A stretch of 64,000 nt of DNA, from NCBI RefSeq assembly GCF_006345805.1, contig NC_043000.1, positions 74,028,001-74,092,000 on the forward strand. Reading direction: 5' to 3'. Numbering within the stretch: the stretch's first letter is position 1; each line of letters begins with the position of its first letter. The translations under genes and the position numbers were made by a program. Of the stretch, positions 13,483 to 26,870 are shown piece after piece. The notes under the pieces are model-generated. The model was not told where the DNA came from. It saw nothing but the letters and a program-made list of their open reading frames with translations, and did not search any database. Origin of the DNA: Octopus sinensis (taxonomy: Eukaryota).

Positions 13483-13549
13483 CATATATATATATATATA
13501 TATACATATATATATACATACATATGTATATACATATATATATACATAC

Positions 13550-13643
<94 letters not shown>

Positions 13644-13676
13644 ACATGCATATATACATACATATATGTACTCACC

Positions 13677-13883
13677 TCGTCTGGCACCTGTGCCGGTGGC
13701 ACGTAAAAAGCACCCACTACACTCATGGAGTGGTTGGCGTTAGGAAGGGCATCCAGCCGTAGAAACATTGCCAGATCAGACTGGGCCTGGTGCAGCCTTC
13801 TGGCTTCCCAGACCCCAGTTGAACCGTCCAACCCATGCCAGCATGGAAAGCGAACGCTAAACGATGATGATGATGATGATGAT
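13677..13883 (+). mobile_element. RTE 3'-end SINE-like copy
   Basis: Nearly identical to 190-395, with (GAT)n tail. Confidence 0.8.
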
Positions 13884-14351
13884 ATATGGGTACAGGACAC
13901 CAAAAAAACGTCGAACACAATGAGAAACGAAAACGTAAACACAAAACCAAGGAAATGGACATTTTCTTTAAACAACGAAAAAATAGAGTACAGGACATAC
14001 AAAACAAGGAAAATCATCTTCTTCAGTCGCCTTAATTTCATCTACTCCATGTTTCGAAGGTCAAGGCAATACATGAAATCAAATTAAATCAAATTAAATA
14101 AAATTTGAGATTTTTTTGTGGAGGGGTAAAAATGGTAACAAAAACAGGACAGTAACGACACACACATATATAGTTATAAAATCTCTGTAAGAGATGAACA
14201 CAGTAACTGTACTGGCAAGTAGTATTTGTTGCCACTTCAACATGGCTGTTCTGTTTGAACGGACATTATTGCAGTTTTTTAATCCCAAGAAGACATTTCC
14301 TCTAGCTGGTTAATGATTTAACCTGTATCTGATATATTGCGAGCCACAGGA

Positions 14352-14401
14352 CCAGCAGACCAGCCTGGTTTCAGGCTATTTCTGCCCTTCCTCAGTGCTG
14401 G
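14352..14401 (-). ncRNA. Type I hammerhead ribozyme
   Basis: CCAGCA-CUGAGGA-A-GGGC(AGAAAUA)GCCU-GAAAC-CAGGCUG-GUC-UGCUGG. Confidence 0.85.
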
Positions 14402-14603
14402 ATACCTTATCTGCCAGAGATGGCAGTAGCTTACTTCTGTTCACAATACATATAAATTCAAGAGACATATAGTTGCTGATCTTGAAACAAAGAAGCTAGT
14501 TATAAAATCTCTATAAAAGATGAATGCTGTAACTGCATTGGTAAGTAATGTTTGTCACCACTTTAACATGGCTGTTCTGTTCAAACAGACGTAACTGCAA
14601 TTT

Positions 14604-14972
14604 AAGTCAAGTGAAATCATTGTTGTGCCTGATGTCAGTACCGCCTGACTGGCACCCATACCAGTGGCATGTAAAAAGCTACATTTGAGCATGGTCAATA
14701 CAATTTCACTGAATTAGCTCCTATGCCTGCCGGTGGCATGTAAAAAGCACCATTCAAGATGCCAGTGCCACCTGACTGCCCCCCATGCTGGTGGCATCTA
14801 AAAAGCACCCACTACACTTTCAGAGTGGTTGGCATTAGGAAAGGCATCTAGCAGTAGAAACCTTGCCAGATCAGACTGGTACCTGGTGCAGCCCCCTGGT
14901 TTGCCAGTCCTCAATCAAACCATCCTACCTATGCCAGCATGGAAAACAACATTAAATGATGATGATGATGAT
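14604..14972 (+). mobile_element. RTE 3'-end SINE-like copy
   Basis: Repeated 'gtggcatgtaaaaagc' units and (GAT)n tail. Confidence 0.75.
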
Positions 14973-15234
14973 AAAAAGGGCATTTCCTCTAGCTGGTTAA
15001 TGATGCAACCTGCATCCAATATATTGCAAGCAAGGGAGCAAGCCCCTACCACCTTCTAGCGATGGGACCAGCAGACCAAATTGGTTTCAGGCTATTTCTG
15101 CTGGTCTCATTGCTAGAAGTAACATTTTACAGACACTGCGCAGTTTTCTCTCCTCCCAGTCAGCAATTGTATTATTAACATCTTTTATTGTAAATAGCCA
15201 AAACAAAATATCATGTCCAGCAATAAATATTGAT

Positions 15235-15450
15235 TTCAAATTTTGGCACTAGGCCAGCACTTTTGAGGGAGAGGATAAGTCAATTATATCAACCCCACCG
15301 TTATTCAACTGGCATTTATTTTATCGAACCTGAGAGAATAAAAGGCAAAGTCAACTTCAGTAGAATTTGAACTTAGAACATGAAGATGGATGAAATGCCA
15401 CTAAGCATTTCACTCAGCATGCTAACAATTCTGCTAAATTTCTGCCTTAT
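15235..15450 (-). mobile_element. Degraded SINE fragment
   Basis: Related in opposite orientation to 16590-16745. Similar pieces occur at 2290-2440 and 3820-3900. Confidence 0.5.
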
Positions 15451-16069
15451 ATCTGGCAATAAATACTGAAGTTAAAAGGTTTTGAGTTTACTTCAGTTAT
15501 TATTCACTCAGTCAACACATTCCACATCGCTACAGTACAACACCATCATTGTGACAATGGTGACACAGACGTTTAAAGTATACCATCTTGGAGGCACTCC
15601 ACACAAGCGACCAAGTTACTCCACAACATTTGGTGATGTCCAACTTGAGAAAAGGCTAGTAAAATCTCAACATTTCGCAATGCTCAACACAAGAAAAGGC
15701 CAACAAATGCTGAAATAACATCAATGGGAAAAAAAGCCACACAATACAATTCTCACCATTGCAACCCCCACCTTTTTAAACTGCGATGTTAATATGCTGA
15801 TAACATATTAGACATATTTTTTCTCTGCGTGGCATAACAATAAAATCCAGGATTCCAATACTGCAGAAAGTTTTGTCTTCCTCCAACTGCATGATTTCTG
15901 AACGAATTTTATCGAAAACCTTCCCACATTTGCTGTTGTAACCGGTATTTAATTTTTGCATATCCTTTTTGTTTGAGTGATTCCAAATAATTTGTACTTA
16001 AATATGGTCACTTCACCTGTCCTGTTAGTTTCTTCAGAAAATAGTGATAGCCCAGCTATTCAGGCTGCT

Positions 16070-16500
16070 TTATCCTTCGCTTCACCTCCATTTACCAGAA
16101 ATCTTCTAATTTAGTTTTCCCAACTCAAAGTCAATTTTGCAGCAAATAAAATTTCTTGGGATACGCACCAATTTCAGTATTATGTTTCCTGCCTTAAGAT
16201 TTAAATACAACCCATTCTGACTCCACATTTTATCAAAGTATGAAAGCAGAAATTTAGCAATGGACTTCTATGTCCAAACGAAAGCATTTTTACAAACTTA
16301 CTCACAAGGAAGTCTTAGGAGATAAGAAGCCTTCCCAACTGTTGAGATGGATGAAAGAATTAGTTGAGGGTCAATGTTGAGACTTTTATTTTCTTGCACC
16401 TATGTCAAAGGTTCAAGCCATTTTAATGCCTACAAGAGAACAGAGCTCTATTACTCAGTTAGCCGACTTGGCAGATGGTATTATGGATATTTCCTCTTCC
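16070..16500 (+). pseudogene. Gypsy-type LTR retrotransposon gag remnant
   Basis: Hand translation gives 'PPFTRNLLI*FSQLKVNF' and 'LGDKKPSQLLRWMKELVEG', resembling the PPFW..WF.Q.E..F and LGDRKPSQLL..M motifs of Gypsy gag. Confidence 0.55.
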
Positions 16501-17929
16501 AATGCTTCTAATACAAAAACGCATCCATCCTTGTCTCTTCCGTTTCCTCTGAAGTAGCAATTTTTCACAAGACTACTGTTGACAAAATTTGGGCAAAATG
16601 CTTAGCAGTATGTTCAAAGTTTAGAGATTGATTTTGCTATTCATCCTTTCAGGGTCAATAAAATACATCCCAGTTGAACAGTGGGGTTGATGTAATCATT
16701 TTACCGCCCACCCCGCAAATTGCTAGCTGTGTGCCAAAATTTAAGCTATTACATTTGCAAGTACACCAGGAGATGACGTTCAGTAAAGTCATTTTCGGTG
16801 CAAAAGTTTCAGCTGCTTCATCTCAAGATTCCCCCACCCACTAAATTTGGATCTATTACTCACTCTGATTATCCAATGAATTTTTATCATCACAAGAGGA
16901 AAAGAAGTATACTTCCACTCAGCTCCATTCACTAGTTTTAGCTTCATTCATTATGAACAAATCTACAAATGTTCATGCTTTTTTGTTTTTTTACTTTTTT
17001 TTCTGTGCTAAGTATAAATATCCAATACCAGAGCATGTTAGATGTGCAGTGGCCTCATTTTCAGGTGACATTTTAGTATGTTACCACCTTGTTACGTGTG
17101 TTTAAGTGACAAATCATGAAACAGTGAATTGGCAACCAGTTTGATATGAAGCAAAACTCAAAAACTTTTCTCTTTCTCTCTCGCTTTAATTTTTCTCTTT
17201 TCGGTCGTTTGGTTTTACCAGTGTTTTTCTTGTGGAGATAATCACATAAATACAGCCATAAATAACAGTACTATCTACAATGTAGGATGTTGGGCAACTC
17301 AGTGGTGATACAGCAGTACCCCCACTTGTTATTTGAGACTGCTTTAGAACAGAAACTTTAATCATATCAGTTTTTAAAAAAAATCTCTAAACATATTTTC
17401 ATAGTCTTACCCAGCAACAAATATTTCCTTTCTCTTGGGTAGATAATATATTCAATTTTGATTTATTGTACATGTGTTTGTATGTACCTTTTTCTTAGTT
17501 TCCACTCCCCATGGGGAATCAAGCGATAAGAAATCTCCACAGCACAGTTGTAAACCATGTCATGAGCCAGGTATATCTGCCAGATCTTCCATTACAGCAC
17601 TCAGCCAGGTTTTGATAGATCTGCATTGCCTACTATGCACCCTCTCCAGTTTCCATTTGAGAGATGCTTTCACTGATTTCTTCATGGACATGCATAGCAT
17701 GTCAGGGTTGCTAATTCAAAATTTCCAAAAGTATTATTTAGATAAGGCACTAAAAAGCATTTGATAAAAGTGGAAAATACCCAAAATAGCATATAAGCAA
17801 AATACCCAAAATAGCATCTAAGCAAAAAAATCACAAAAATAAATCAAAAGATTTATATAAAAAATTTCAATTCTAATTGAACTAAAATGAAATTAACATC
17901 TATCCATCTTTTCTGCTCATTATTCCTGG

Positions 17930-18540
17930 TGGGGTTGTGGGAACAGGGTCCTCAGGTTTCTTCTTTGTAGGGCCCTATCAGAAGCAACCGTCATTAGAGT
18001 TTCTAGTAGGAATCCCAAATGTAACCAAATTAAGACTATGGATATAATCCAACCATCTCATTCTTGGTCTATTCTTAAGTCTCCTGATGGTTGACTCTGC
18101 TTGGAGAATCCAACTTGCAATTCCTTCTCACAATATTCCAAACACGTCTATAATGCTAGAGCTGTGGCCTCTCAATGCGGAAAAGTAGCTGTTTGAACTG
18201 AAGAGAAATACTGTGGAGTGGTTTGCAGGAGTTTTGGATTAGTGGGCAACTTCTGCTATGAAGGCCCTGATGTTTGTGTTCAGGTAAATGGTGCTAAGTT
18301 GAAGCCTCTCAATGTGGATGTTGGACTTTCACGGGGTGTATATTGTCACCTTTTCATAATTGTTATGAACTGGATTGACATGCATGGCAGCTTTAGAAGT
18401 GGTATCATATTCAGTGTGTGTAGTATCAGTCAGCTGTTATTGGCAGATATAGTGCTACATGGCTCATCTGAGGGAGATCTCCAGGATGCACTGAATAGGT
18501 TTGCTGCTAAATGCTGCAAGGCAGGGATGAGAAACTAATA
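17930..18540. pseudogene. Old RTE-like RT remnant in two opposed pieces
   Basis: 18218-18538 (+) reads 'VQVNG..VDVGLSRG..LFIIVMNWI..LLLADIVL..DLQDALNRF'. 17930-18190 reads as an RT C-terminus on the minus strand. Confidence 0.55.
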
Positions 18541-18887
18541 TAATTAGCTGCAGTTTCATATGAATTATAAGTATCCATGAATCCAAATTTTTATCAGTTT
18601 TCTAGGTAGTTTATAATACTAACATTTACCACTTTAAGTCCATATTTGATGTTCAAAATTTCTCTCAGTGTTCATTTCCTTAGATGATTATTCTCATTTG
18701 ATTTCATAAAAATCATGTGGTTAAATACTTTCTTCACATCAGCATATGCATGTGGTATAATGTGATGTGTTAAAACTGAGTTCAAATGGACTTTACCCAG
18801 TTGAATCCCTATATGATGATACTTCCATCCAAAAAGAAACTGTCTGAAACCTGTGTCTATCATACATTACAAAATGTTTTCAATTAA

Positions 18888-19506
18888 ATGCTATGCTGTG
18901 TGTGAGAAGACTTGGCAAGACAAGTGAGACCATAACCCGTGGCCTTTACCAAGGGTGTAGCCAGCCCACTTATGCGTACCTTTCCTTCTTTTGACACAAA
19001 ACTCTGCTTGTGAAGACCTGTTGAGGCAAGTGAAATCGAAATTGAACCAAATTCGACGACTGGCACCCATGCCAATGGAGTGCTAACAGCTTCATCCAAG
19101 CGGGATCACTGCCAGAGCAGCCATCTGGCTTCCGTGCCAGTGGCATGTAAAAACCACCATTTGAACGTGATCATTACCAGCGTCACCTTACTGGCACGTG
19201 AACAAAGCATTTGAGTAAGGTCGTTGTCAGTGCTGCTGGACTGACTCCTGTGCAGGTGGCACATAAAAATATACCATTTGAGAGTGGCTGTTGCCAGTAC
19301 TTCCAGACTGGCCCTCATACCGGTGGCACATAAAAGCACCCACTACACTCTCAGAGTGGTTGGTGTTAGGAAGGGTATCCAGCTGTAGAAACTCTGCCAC
19401 GTCAGATTGGAGCCTGGTGCAGCCATCTGGTTTGCCAGTCCTCAGTTAAATCATCCAACTCATGCTAGCATGGAAAGCAGACGTTAAATGATGATGATGA
19501 TGATGA
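18888..19506 (+). mobile_element. RTE 3'-end SINE-like copy
   Basis: Same repeat units and (GAT)n tail as the other copies. Confidence 0.8.
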
Positions 19507-22500
19507 AACATTGAAAATTAAAAATTAGAGGTGAAATAATATTTTGAAATATTATAAGTAATAAATAGCAAGAATATTGTATACCCTACTGCCTTACATT
19601 AATTTCATATTGATTGTGATAGTTATACTTTATAGTTATACTTTATTGTTTACTCCAATAAATTGTTTACTTATTGAAATTCATTTGACAGTATTTGACA
19701 AGTTTGAGGATTGTGATGAATTCTAGTATATGTTTTGGCATGGTTTCTAAAGCTGGATGCCCTTCCTAATGCTTACCACTATACAGAGTATACCAGGTGC
19801 TTTTTATGTGGTACCAGTACCAAAGAGGTCACCAATTAACTTGCAAGACAAGACCCTGCCTTCAACTGAGTGAGGTGGAGTAGTAATGAGGGAGGCAACT
19901 TAATGCTAGGTGATGAGAGGGAAACTGGAATGGGTGTCTTACTGTATTGAAAATATATGGTTATCAAAGTTGGAAAAAGGAGAAGATGGTGAGGAAGATG
20001 TGTCAGAGTGTACTCTCAAGTTCAAGAAAGAATATAAGAGAAGTGGTACAAAAGATTGGGTAGGGTGAGTGGGTAGGTAAGTTCACGAGAATGTGAAAGG
20101 AGAGTGGCAGTTGGGGTTAGAGGGAAATACAGTGAGTGATGAACATAGGTGCAGGCACTGTCAATTGTGAATATCAGTGTGAACAAAAGGTTGAGGAAGT
20201 AGGAGTGGGTCAGGGATAAGTGAAAGTGTAGATAATGTGAAATGTGTAGGAGTGGAGTTGTGTCAGGAATGAAATCAGAGGTATATAGGCATGAAAGTAA
20301 TGGGAGCAGACAGATATAATGAGGATGTGTACAGAGCTAAAGGGAAGGTGAAAAGGAAAATAAAGTGCTAAGGGATGATACCAAGAATGCATGAGATAAA
20401 AAAAGTAGTTTCAGGGAGGGTGAGAGATGTCAGCCTGTCCTAATTGCAATTGCTCAAAAAATTGCAATAGCTCAGTGAATAGTGCCATAGTCAGAAGAGT
20501 GATGGAGGGATAGGTGTTAGAAAGATGAGTTTTGGAAGAGGTGGATGTTAGAATAATGAATTATGGGAGAAAGAGATTTGTCAGGGACAGATTGGGTGCA
20601 AGAGTATTGGCATAAATGATGTGTTATTAGGGCTCCATTTTTGCTTTGATGGACGGGTTTTCTCGAGCATAGCAAATAAACAAACCTCTTCGTCCTTTTA
20701 TCTCCTTCCTTGCATTTCCACTTCATGCACTATGCTTACCTCCCACTCACCAATCGGATATTTTCATTATCGTAGCCAGGACCGCAGATCTTTCTAGTTA
20801 ACTAAATAATTTGAAACTTCGTGTACTGGTAGAGTGTCTCAAAACAATACACAAGGTGGAACTAGTTTATTTGAGAAAAATCTATTTTATGACTTTAATC
20901 GTAGATTAAAACTGCGAATTTTAGCCAATCGTATTGTCTGTATTTATGTGAAATTATTATCTGCATAGTGTTAACTGTGACGTAGAAAGCAATTTTGTCA
21001 AAATGTAAACATTGGCTCTGGTTCATCGTAATCGTACACAGTTTTTCAGTTCCCTAGAATTATATTTGAAACAAAATAAAAAGAAAAAGATTCATACACA
21101 TAAATATCCATCCTTAGACATCAGAAAGATTAGAAATGCAACAAAAATTTAAAATACCGGATCTTTACCTTTCAAACTTCGTGGAGTATATACAAAATTT
21201 GTGTAGATCCTGAGTATATATAAAATGAGTGTTTAAATTATTTTCCATTGTTTGCATTGGTTATGCTTATATTTATTTTTATACACACACACATGTATAC
21301 AAACATATGCATATATATATATATACACCTATACACACATATTCTAATGCATATGCATATATGTGTATATATTTATAATGTGTGTGTATTATAGATGCAT
21401 GAATTATATATTTATTTATAAAAGATGTTTACATACAATATATATATATGTTATATACATCTACATGTATATGTATGTATGAATATATAAGTACCACAGA
21501 ATTTGAATCAAACTGTTTTGATCCATACATACATACATACACACACACACACATACATACATACACACATACTAAAATTACATCGTTGGAGCAGTAATTT
21601 ATTTATGTATTTTTTGTTATACAATTTATTTTTAAGCTGAATCCCTATCCTGCCATTAACCCCTTTCTTATAAAATAGTTGAAGAATCTGGGGTGTAGGA
21701 ATTGGGACAGTATTGGAACTTTTAACTTCTTGCTCTCTATCTTATGATCTCCAAAATTTAAGAATCTTGTGTTAACTGGGCTCTTATTATTTACTCTGCC
21801 ACCACCTCAATGCAAAGACTATCAATATCAGAATCATCTTCACAACCACCACTACAACCATTACTACAACCTCCAATGCCACCACCACAACCATCTTCTG
21901 CAACCACAACCCCAAGACCAGGGGTGGGTCAATATAGTTGACATTATTTCCTCCTATAAAATTTTTGGCTATGTACCTTTGTTAAAAATTCTTATTTGTA
22001 TTAATATAAAGTGCGAGCAAGAGAACATCTGCAGGCTTTCCTAAACTGTTAATGTGAATGTAAATGATGTCTTTTTTCAACTCGTGTAAATTAATGTCTG
22101 ATGAGAATGTGATTCCATGTAGAAGCTGCCATTCTGGAGATAAATGATTGGCTAAAATATTTAGTAAAAGGGTTCTAGCTGTGAGACATGTTAAAGATGA
22201 TGATGTGGGCTCAGTTTGATATAGTTTACAGCTTACTAATTCACAGGAATAGTAGTGGGTGTTAGGATTTTTTTTCCCATGTTTTATTTGAACAATTTGG
22301 CTGTATCCTTGCCTTTTGCATTCCTTCTCAGACAAGAGCTGTGCCTTCAAAACTGGTAAGATTGACGTAGTTGATCTTGAATAAAATTTGTGGATGGCTG
22401 CAGAGGAAATAACATGGACAAGGGAATTTCAGAAGGATGACAATCTTGTAAGAAAGAATTTAATGCTTAGTTTGCAGGTGAATTACATGCTACGTGATCT

Positions 22501-23019
22501 TCGAGCCTTTTGCCGCCAGATGCTGTAACATGGTTTGTATCCAATATAGTAGTACCACCACTATTGCAATTATGGCCTGAAATATGTGGTACCAGTGTGA
22601 TAAAATAAGATAATGCAGCAGCAATAACAACATAACTATCTCTCAAGAATAAACAAATATTCCAAATGAACAAACCAACCCACACTCTCGAACTTCACTA
22701 TGAAATAATACAAACTATATACACCCTTTCGGTTCAGTCCATTCCTCACAAGAGGGTACCTTGGCTCTCATCACAACACTGAGAGTGTAAGAGGTTGCTA
22801 ACTTTGTTCTGCCAACAAATTTCCATTTATTTATTCTTAAGCTTCTCTTACTGCTGGAAACCACCTCTGCCTGGTACTGGCATTTATGTGAACAATGTAG
22901 ACAATTGACAAGTATCAAATGCCACAATACATAAATTCCTTATTTATTAAAATTATTTTCAATTGTAGAAGTATCATAATTACTAAATGCTAATCGATTA
23001 GCATATTCAGGGCCATTTA

Positions 23020-25265
23020 GTAACCTACCAATCTGGTAGACACACTAGTCAAATTGACTACATCCTCACTAGGAAACAGGAAAGACAACTACTTGTAAAT
23101 GCCCAAACCTTCCCAGGTGAAGAATGTACCCCACAACATAGATTAGTAGTTAGCGACTTCAGGATCAGGGCTAAATGGATGCCCAGAAGACGACCAGAAT
23201 GGAGGAGAAGGGTCTGGAAGCTTAAGGATCCTGCAAAAAGAGATTCAGAGACATATTACTCAAAGCTGTGGAAGACAACTGGAGGTTTCTACAGGACAAC
23301 CTTTTGAGGGCTAGTGACCAGATCTGTGGATGGTGCAAAGTCTCCTCTCAACCCAAGGTAATGTGGTGGTGGAACAATGTTGTTGACAGGGCTAGTAAGG
23401 AAAAGAAACAGGCTTTGAAGGACTGGAAGACCGGTGATAGCAGGGAATTGTATCAGACTGCCAAAAGGGAAGCTAGGAGATAGGTTTATTTGGCCAGAGG
23501 GGAAGCAGATAAGGAAAAATTTGCCAATGTTCTGCGCTGTGATGACCAAAGACTTGAAGTATTTTCCTGTTGCCAGACAGTGTGTGAGAGAGAATCGCGA
23601 TGTCCTAGGAGAGAAATGTGTCCTCATGGGTGATGGTTCACTTGCTTTAAACGAAGCTGCAAAGAGACAGGTTTGGAGACGCCATTATGAAAGTTTGCTA
23701 AATAAAGTGAATGAATGTGTGAAAGAGAGTCTGCCGAATGCCGGCCCAACAGAGGGACCAGCTATCTAACTAAATTGACAGTGCCTTGGTAGGTAAAGCA
23801 ATTAAGAGTATGAAGACAGGGAAAGCCCCTGGGCAATCAGGAATCACCACAGAGATGCTCAAACTATCTAGCGGTGTCGGCTATAGCATAGTCAACTAGG
23901 TGATACATGAAGGAGTCATACCCAATGACTGGTGTAGCAGCACCATAGTCAACTGCTAACAAAGGTAAAGGTGACGCATTAGATACAAATAATTACAGAG
24001 GTATCAAGTTGTTGGATCAGGTAATGAAGGTCACGGAGAGGGTCATAGCCCAAGTAATTAGGAAGAGAGGCAGTCCAGATGAGTGCAGTTTCGGTTCGTG
24101 CCAGGGGAAAGCACCACTGATGCTATATTTCTGATAAGACAGATGCAGGAGAAATAGCTAGTCCAAGATAAAACTCTATACCTGGCTTTCATTGACAGGG
24201 TTCCCCCGATCCCCTATCTGGTGGTCAATGAGGAGACTAGGGATGGATGAATGTTTATTGAGAGCTGTACAAGCCATGTACAGTAAGGTGACGGTTGGCA
24301 ACGAGTACAGTGAAGAATATCGGGTAGGGGTAAGGGTCAACCTAAGATCAGTCCTCAGCCCCCTCTTATTCATTATAGTCCTCCAGGCAATAACAGAGGA
24401 ATTCAAGACAGGCTGCTCCTCTATGCTGATGACCTTGCACTAATAGCAGAGTCACTGCCGGAACTGGAGCCAAAGGTTAGGGCGCGGAAGCAAAGTCTAG
24501 AATTGAATGGCCTTAGGGCTAACCTAGCCAAAACCAAAGTTTTAGTTACTGTGCAGGCTGTCAAATCACAAACTCCTCTGTAGAAAAGGCATTGGTAGAA
24601 ATTCCATACGATGCACCCGGTGTAAGCTATGGACACATAAAAGGTGCAGCAATATCAAAGGAAGGTTAACTGGGAAAATTATTTCTTGTGTGTGGCAGAT
24701 GCAGTGGGGCAATAAACACTGAAGGTGTTCAGAAAACAGCTTCCATTACATGCCTGGGGAAGAAACTAGAAGTAATAAATACTTTCTACTACCTAGGCGA
24801 CCAAGTATGTAGTGGGAGTGATTGCGCTGCGAGTGTAGCAACTAGAGTAATAATAGCCTGAGCAAATTCAGGGAGCTCCTACCTCTGCTGGCAGCTAATG
24901 GCCTCTCACTCAGGGGGAAAGGTGGACTGTATAATGCATGTGTGTGAACTGCCATGCTATACGGTAGTGAAACATGGGCCATCAATACCGAGGACATGCG
25001 TAAGCTTGCAGTATGCTTGAGTCAAGTAAAACCAATACCGTAGCTGGGGGCCGGTGACCCGCTAGCTGGCTCCTGTGCTGATGAGACATAAAGAACACCC
25101 ACTACACTCTCAGAATAGTTGGCGTTAGGAAGGGCATTGAGATGTAGAAATTATGCTAGACTAGATTGGAGCCTGTTGCAGCAGCTGGCTCTCCAAGACT
25201 TCAGTCAAACTGTCCAACCCATGCCATCATGGAGAACGGACGTTAATCGATGATGATGATGATGA
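23020..25265 (+). mobile_element. Degraded RTE-type LINE (endonuclease end, RT, 3' UTR, (GAT)n tail)
   Basis: Frameshifted pieces 'WWWNNVVD', 'NYRGIKLL', 'SVLSPLLFIIVL', 'YADDLAL', 'MLYGSETW'. Confidence 0.9.
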
Positions 25266-25448
25266 CAACGACAACAACAACGATAATTATATTAGTAATA
25301 AAGTTGGGTGCAGACAAGGGATTTGTAGTAGAGAGCAATAGCATTTGGAGCGAGCAAAGAGTTGGCGGCCAGCGACGCGATCGATCGAAAAGCTGTCATC
25401 TCGGCGGTGATATCGCCCGTGAGTGTGTTTCCGGTAGCGTACGTAACA

Positions 25449-25502
25449 CATGGACGCATCGCGTTTATGGACGCATCGCGTTTATGGACGCATCGCGTTT
25501 AT
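25449..25502. repeat. 17-bp tandem repeat (atggacgcatcgcgttt) x3
   Basis: Directly visible in the sequence. Confidence 0.9.
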
Positions 25503-26045
25503 GCACGCGGCTAAGGCAGCTATTACTCTCTAATAATCGCTTGCTTTTTATTTACTTAATGCATTCTTCACTTCGGCATACTGGGCAGAGATCGCATCGC
25601 ATTCATGCACGCATTAGCTGTCTATCACCGCCTTAGCTATCATAAACAAACACAAGTTCATGTATGATATTAATCTTTCTTCTACTTCAATTATTACATG
25701 GTTTTCTCTTATAAAAATACACACATACAGGAGAAGTAAATTATACATATAATACTTTAAATGTGGCTCTCGATAAACAGCCAAAGTAATTACCTGATCA
25801 ACAATGGGTTTTACTGCTAGTATATATGTATACTAGCAGTATACAGGTGACCAAATCTGATTTTCTACCTTGCAGTTAAGCAGATTCACTGTTTTAAAAA
25901 TATCACTCAAGTATATTTTTTTTAAACTCAGAAAGTCTTTCCAAAATTTTCTTAGCTGTATCAGTTTGTCTTGGAGTTGTAATGAGTCATCTGACTCTTG
26001 AACATGAAAAAGTGGATTAATGGCTCCTACAAATTCACTAGTCTT

Positions 26046-26870
26046 TCAAGGCTCATGCCTTTTGACCCATCTTACTTCTGTGTGAAGCAATAGGGTTTTA
26101 AAATCTTCATCTTCACAGAATTGCATAAAAAATCTATTATTCACAGAGTTTGATTTGACAATGTTATTTGTATGTATGGAAGTGTTGAGTGCATTTTCCA
26201 TGTGTCCTCCAATATTCTTAGCAACCACATGCTGTCTGTGGATAATGCAACGTATATTTAAAATGTGAGGAGCAACTGATTTCATTCTAGAAACAAAGCC
26301 TTTCACTTTTCCAGTCATGGCTGCAGCTCCATATGATGCAGTGTTGATCAAATTAGTCGATGGAATATTTTTATCTTAAAATACTGCATTACTTCATTGA
26401 ATATATCTTCTCCATTAGGTGTTTCAAAAAAAACTTTTAATGAATAACATTTCTTCCCTTATATCATCTTCATAGTTGAATCTGACATAGACCAGAAGGA
26501 TAACTTGGTTATGAATTGTGCTATCATCAACCTGGATAGAAAAATTGGTCGTTCGGAGAATTTCCAGAGTCTTCTTTCTCCTCAACAAAATTAGACATTT
26601 CATCCTGTCTTCTTGTAATTGTGTTATTTGAAAGTGGAATTGTACTCAGAGTAGGTTCAGCATCTTTTCCCAGAACCTCATTTGCACAAGCTATCATAGC
26701 AGGCTTGACAAGATTCTCACCTTAAATCTGAGGTGCTGCAACCATGGCAATAATTTCAGAAACCAAATAACTTGGTTTGAGTATCTTTACTTTTTCAATA
26801 TTTATCTTCTTTACAAAGTCAGGTAGTTTGATTAGCTGTATTTTCTTTTTATTCTCAAAATATTCCCGAC
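26046..26870 (-). pseudogene. hAT (Buster/Charlie-type) transposase fragment
   Basis: Motifs 'FSIQVDDST..LLVYVRF', 'GAAAMTG..GF', 'CIIHRQH', 'LLLHTEVRW'. Confidence 0.85.

Larger units (their letters stand above)
14171..15101 (-). mobile_element. Diverged ~326-bp tandem dimer with hammerhead (old retrozyme-like element)
   Basis: 'tagttataaaatctct' recurs at 14171 and 14497. The second copy is interrupted by a SINE (14604-14972) and resumes at about 14975. Confidence 0.65.

Noticed and set aside
14015-14070. Minus-strand GAAAC..GUA followed by CUGAAGA (type II-like order)
   Set aside because: Neither stem I nor stem II pairs convincingly.
18940-19345. Spaced 'gtggcacgtaaaaagcacc' repeats resembling a CRISPR array
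   Set aside because: The repeats are degenerate and irregularly spaced, belong to the RTE 3' UTR, and there are no cas genes in this eukaryotic context.
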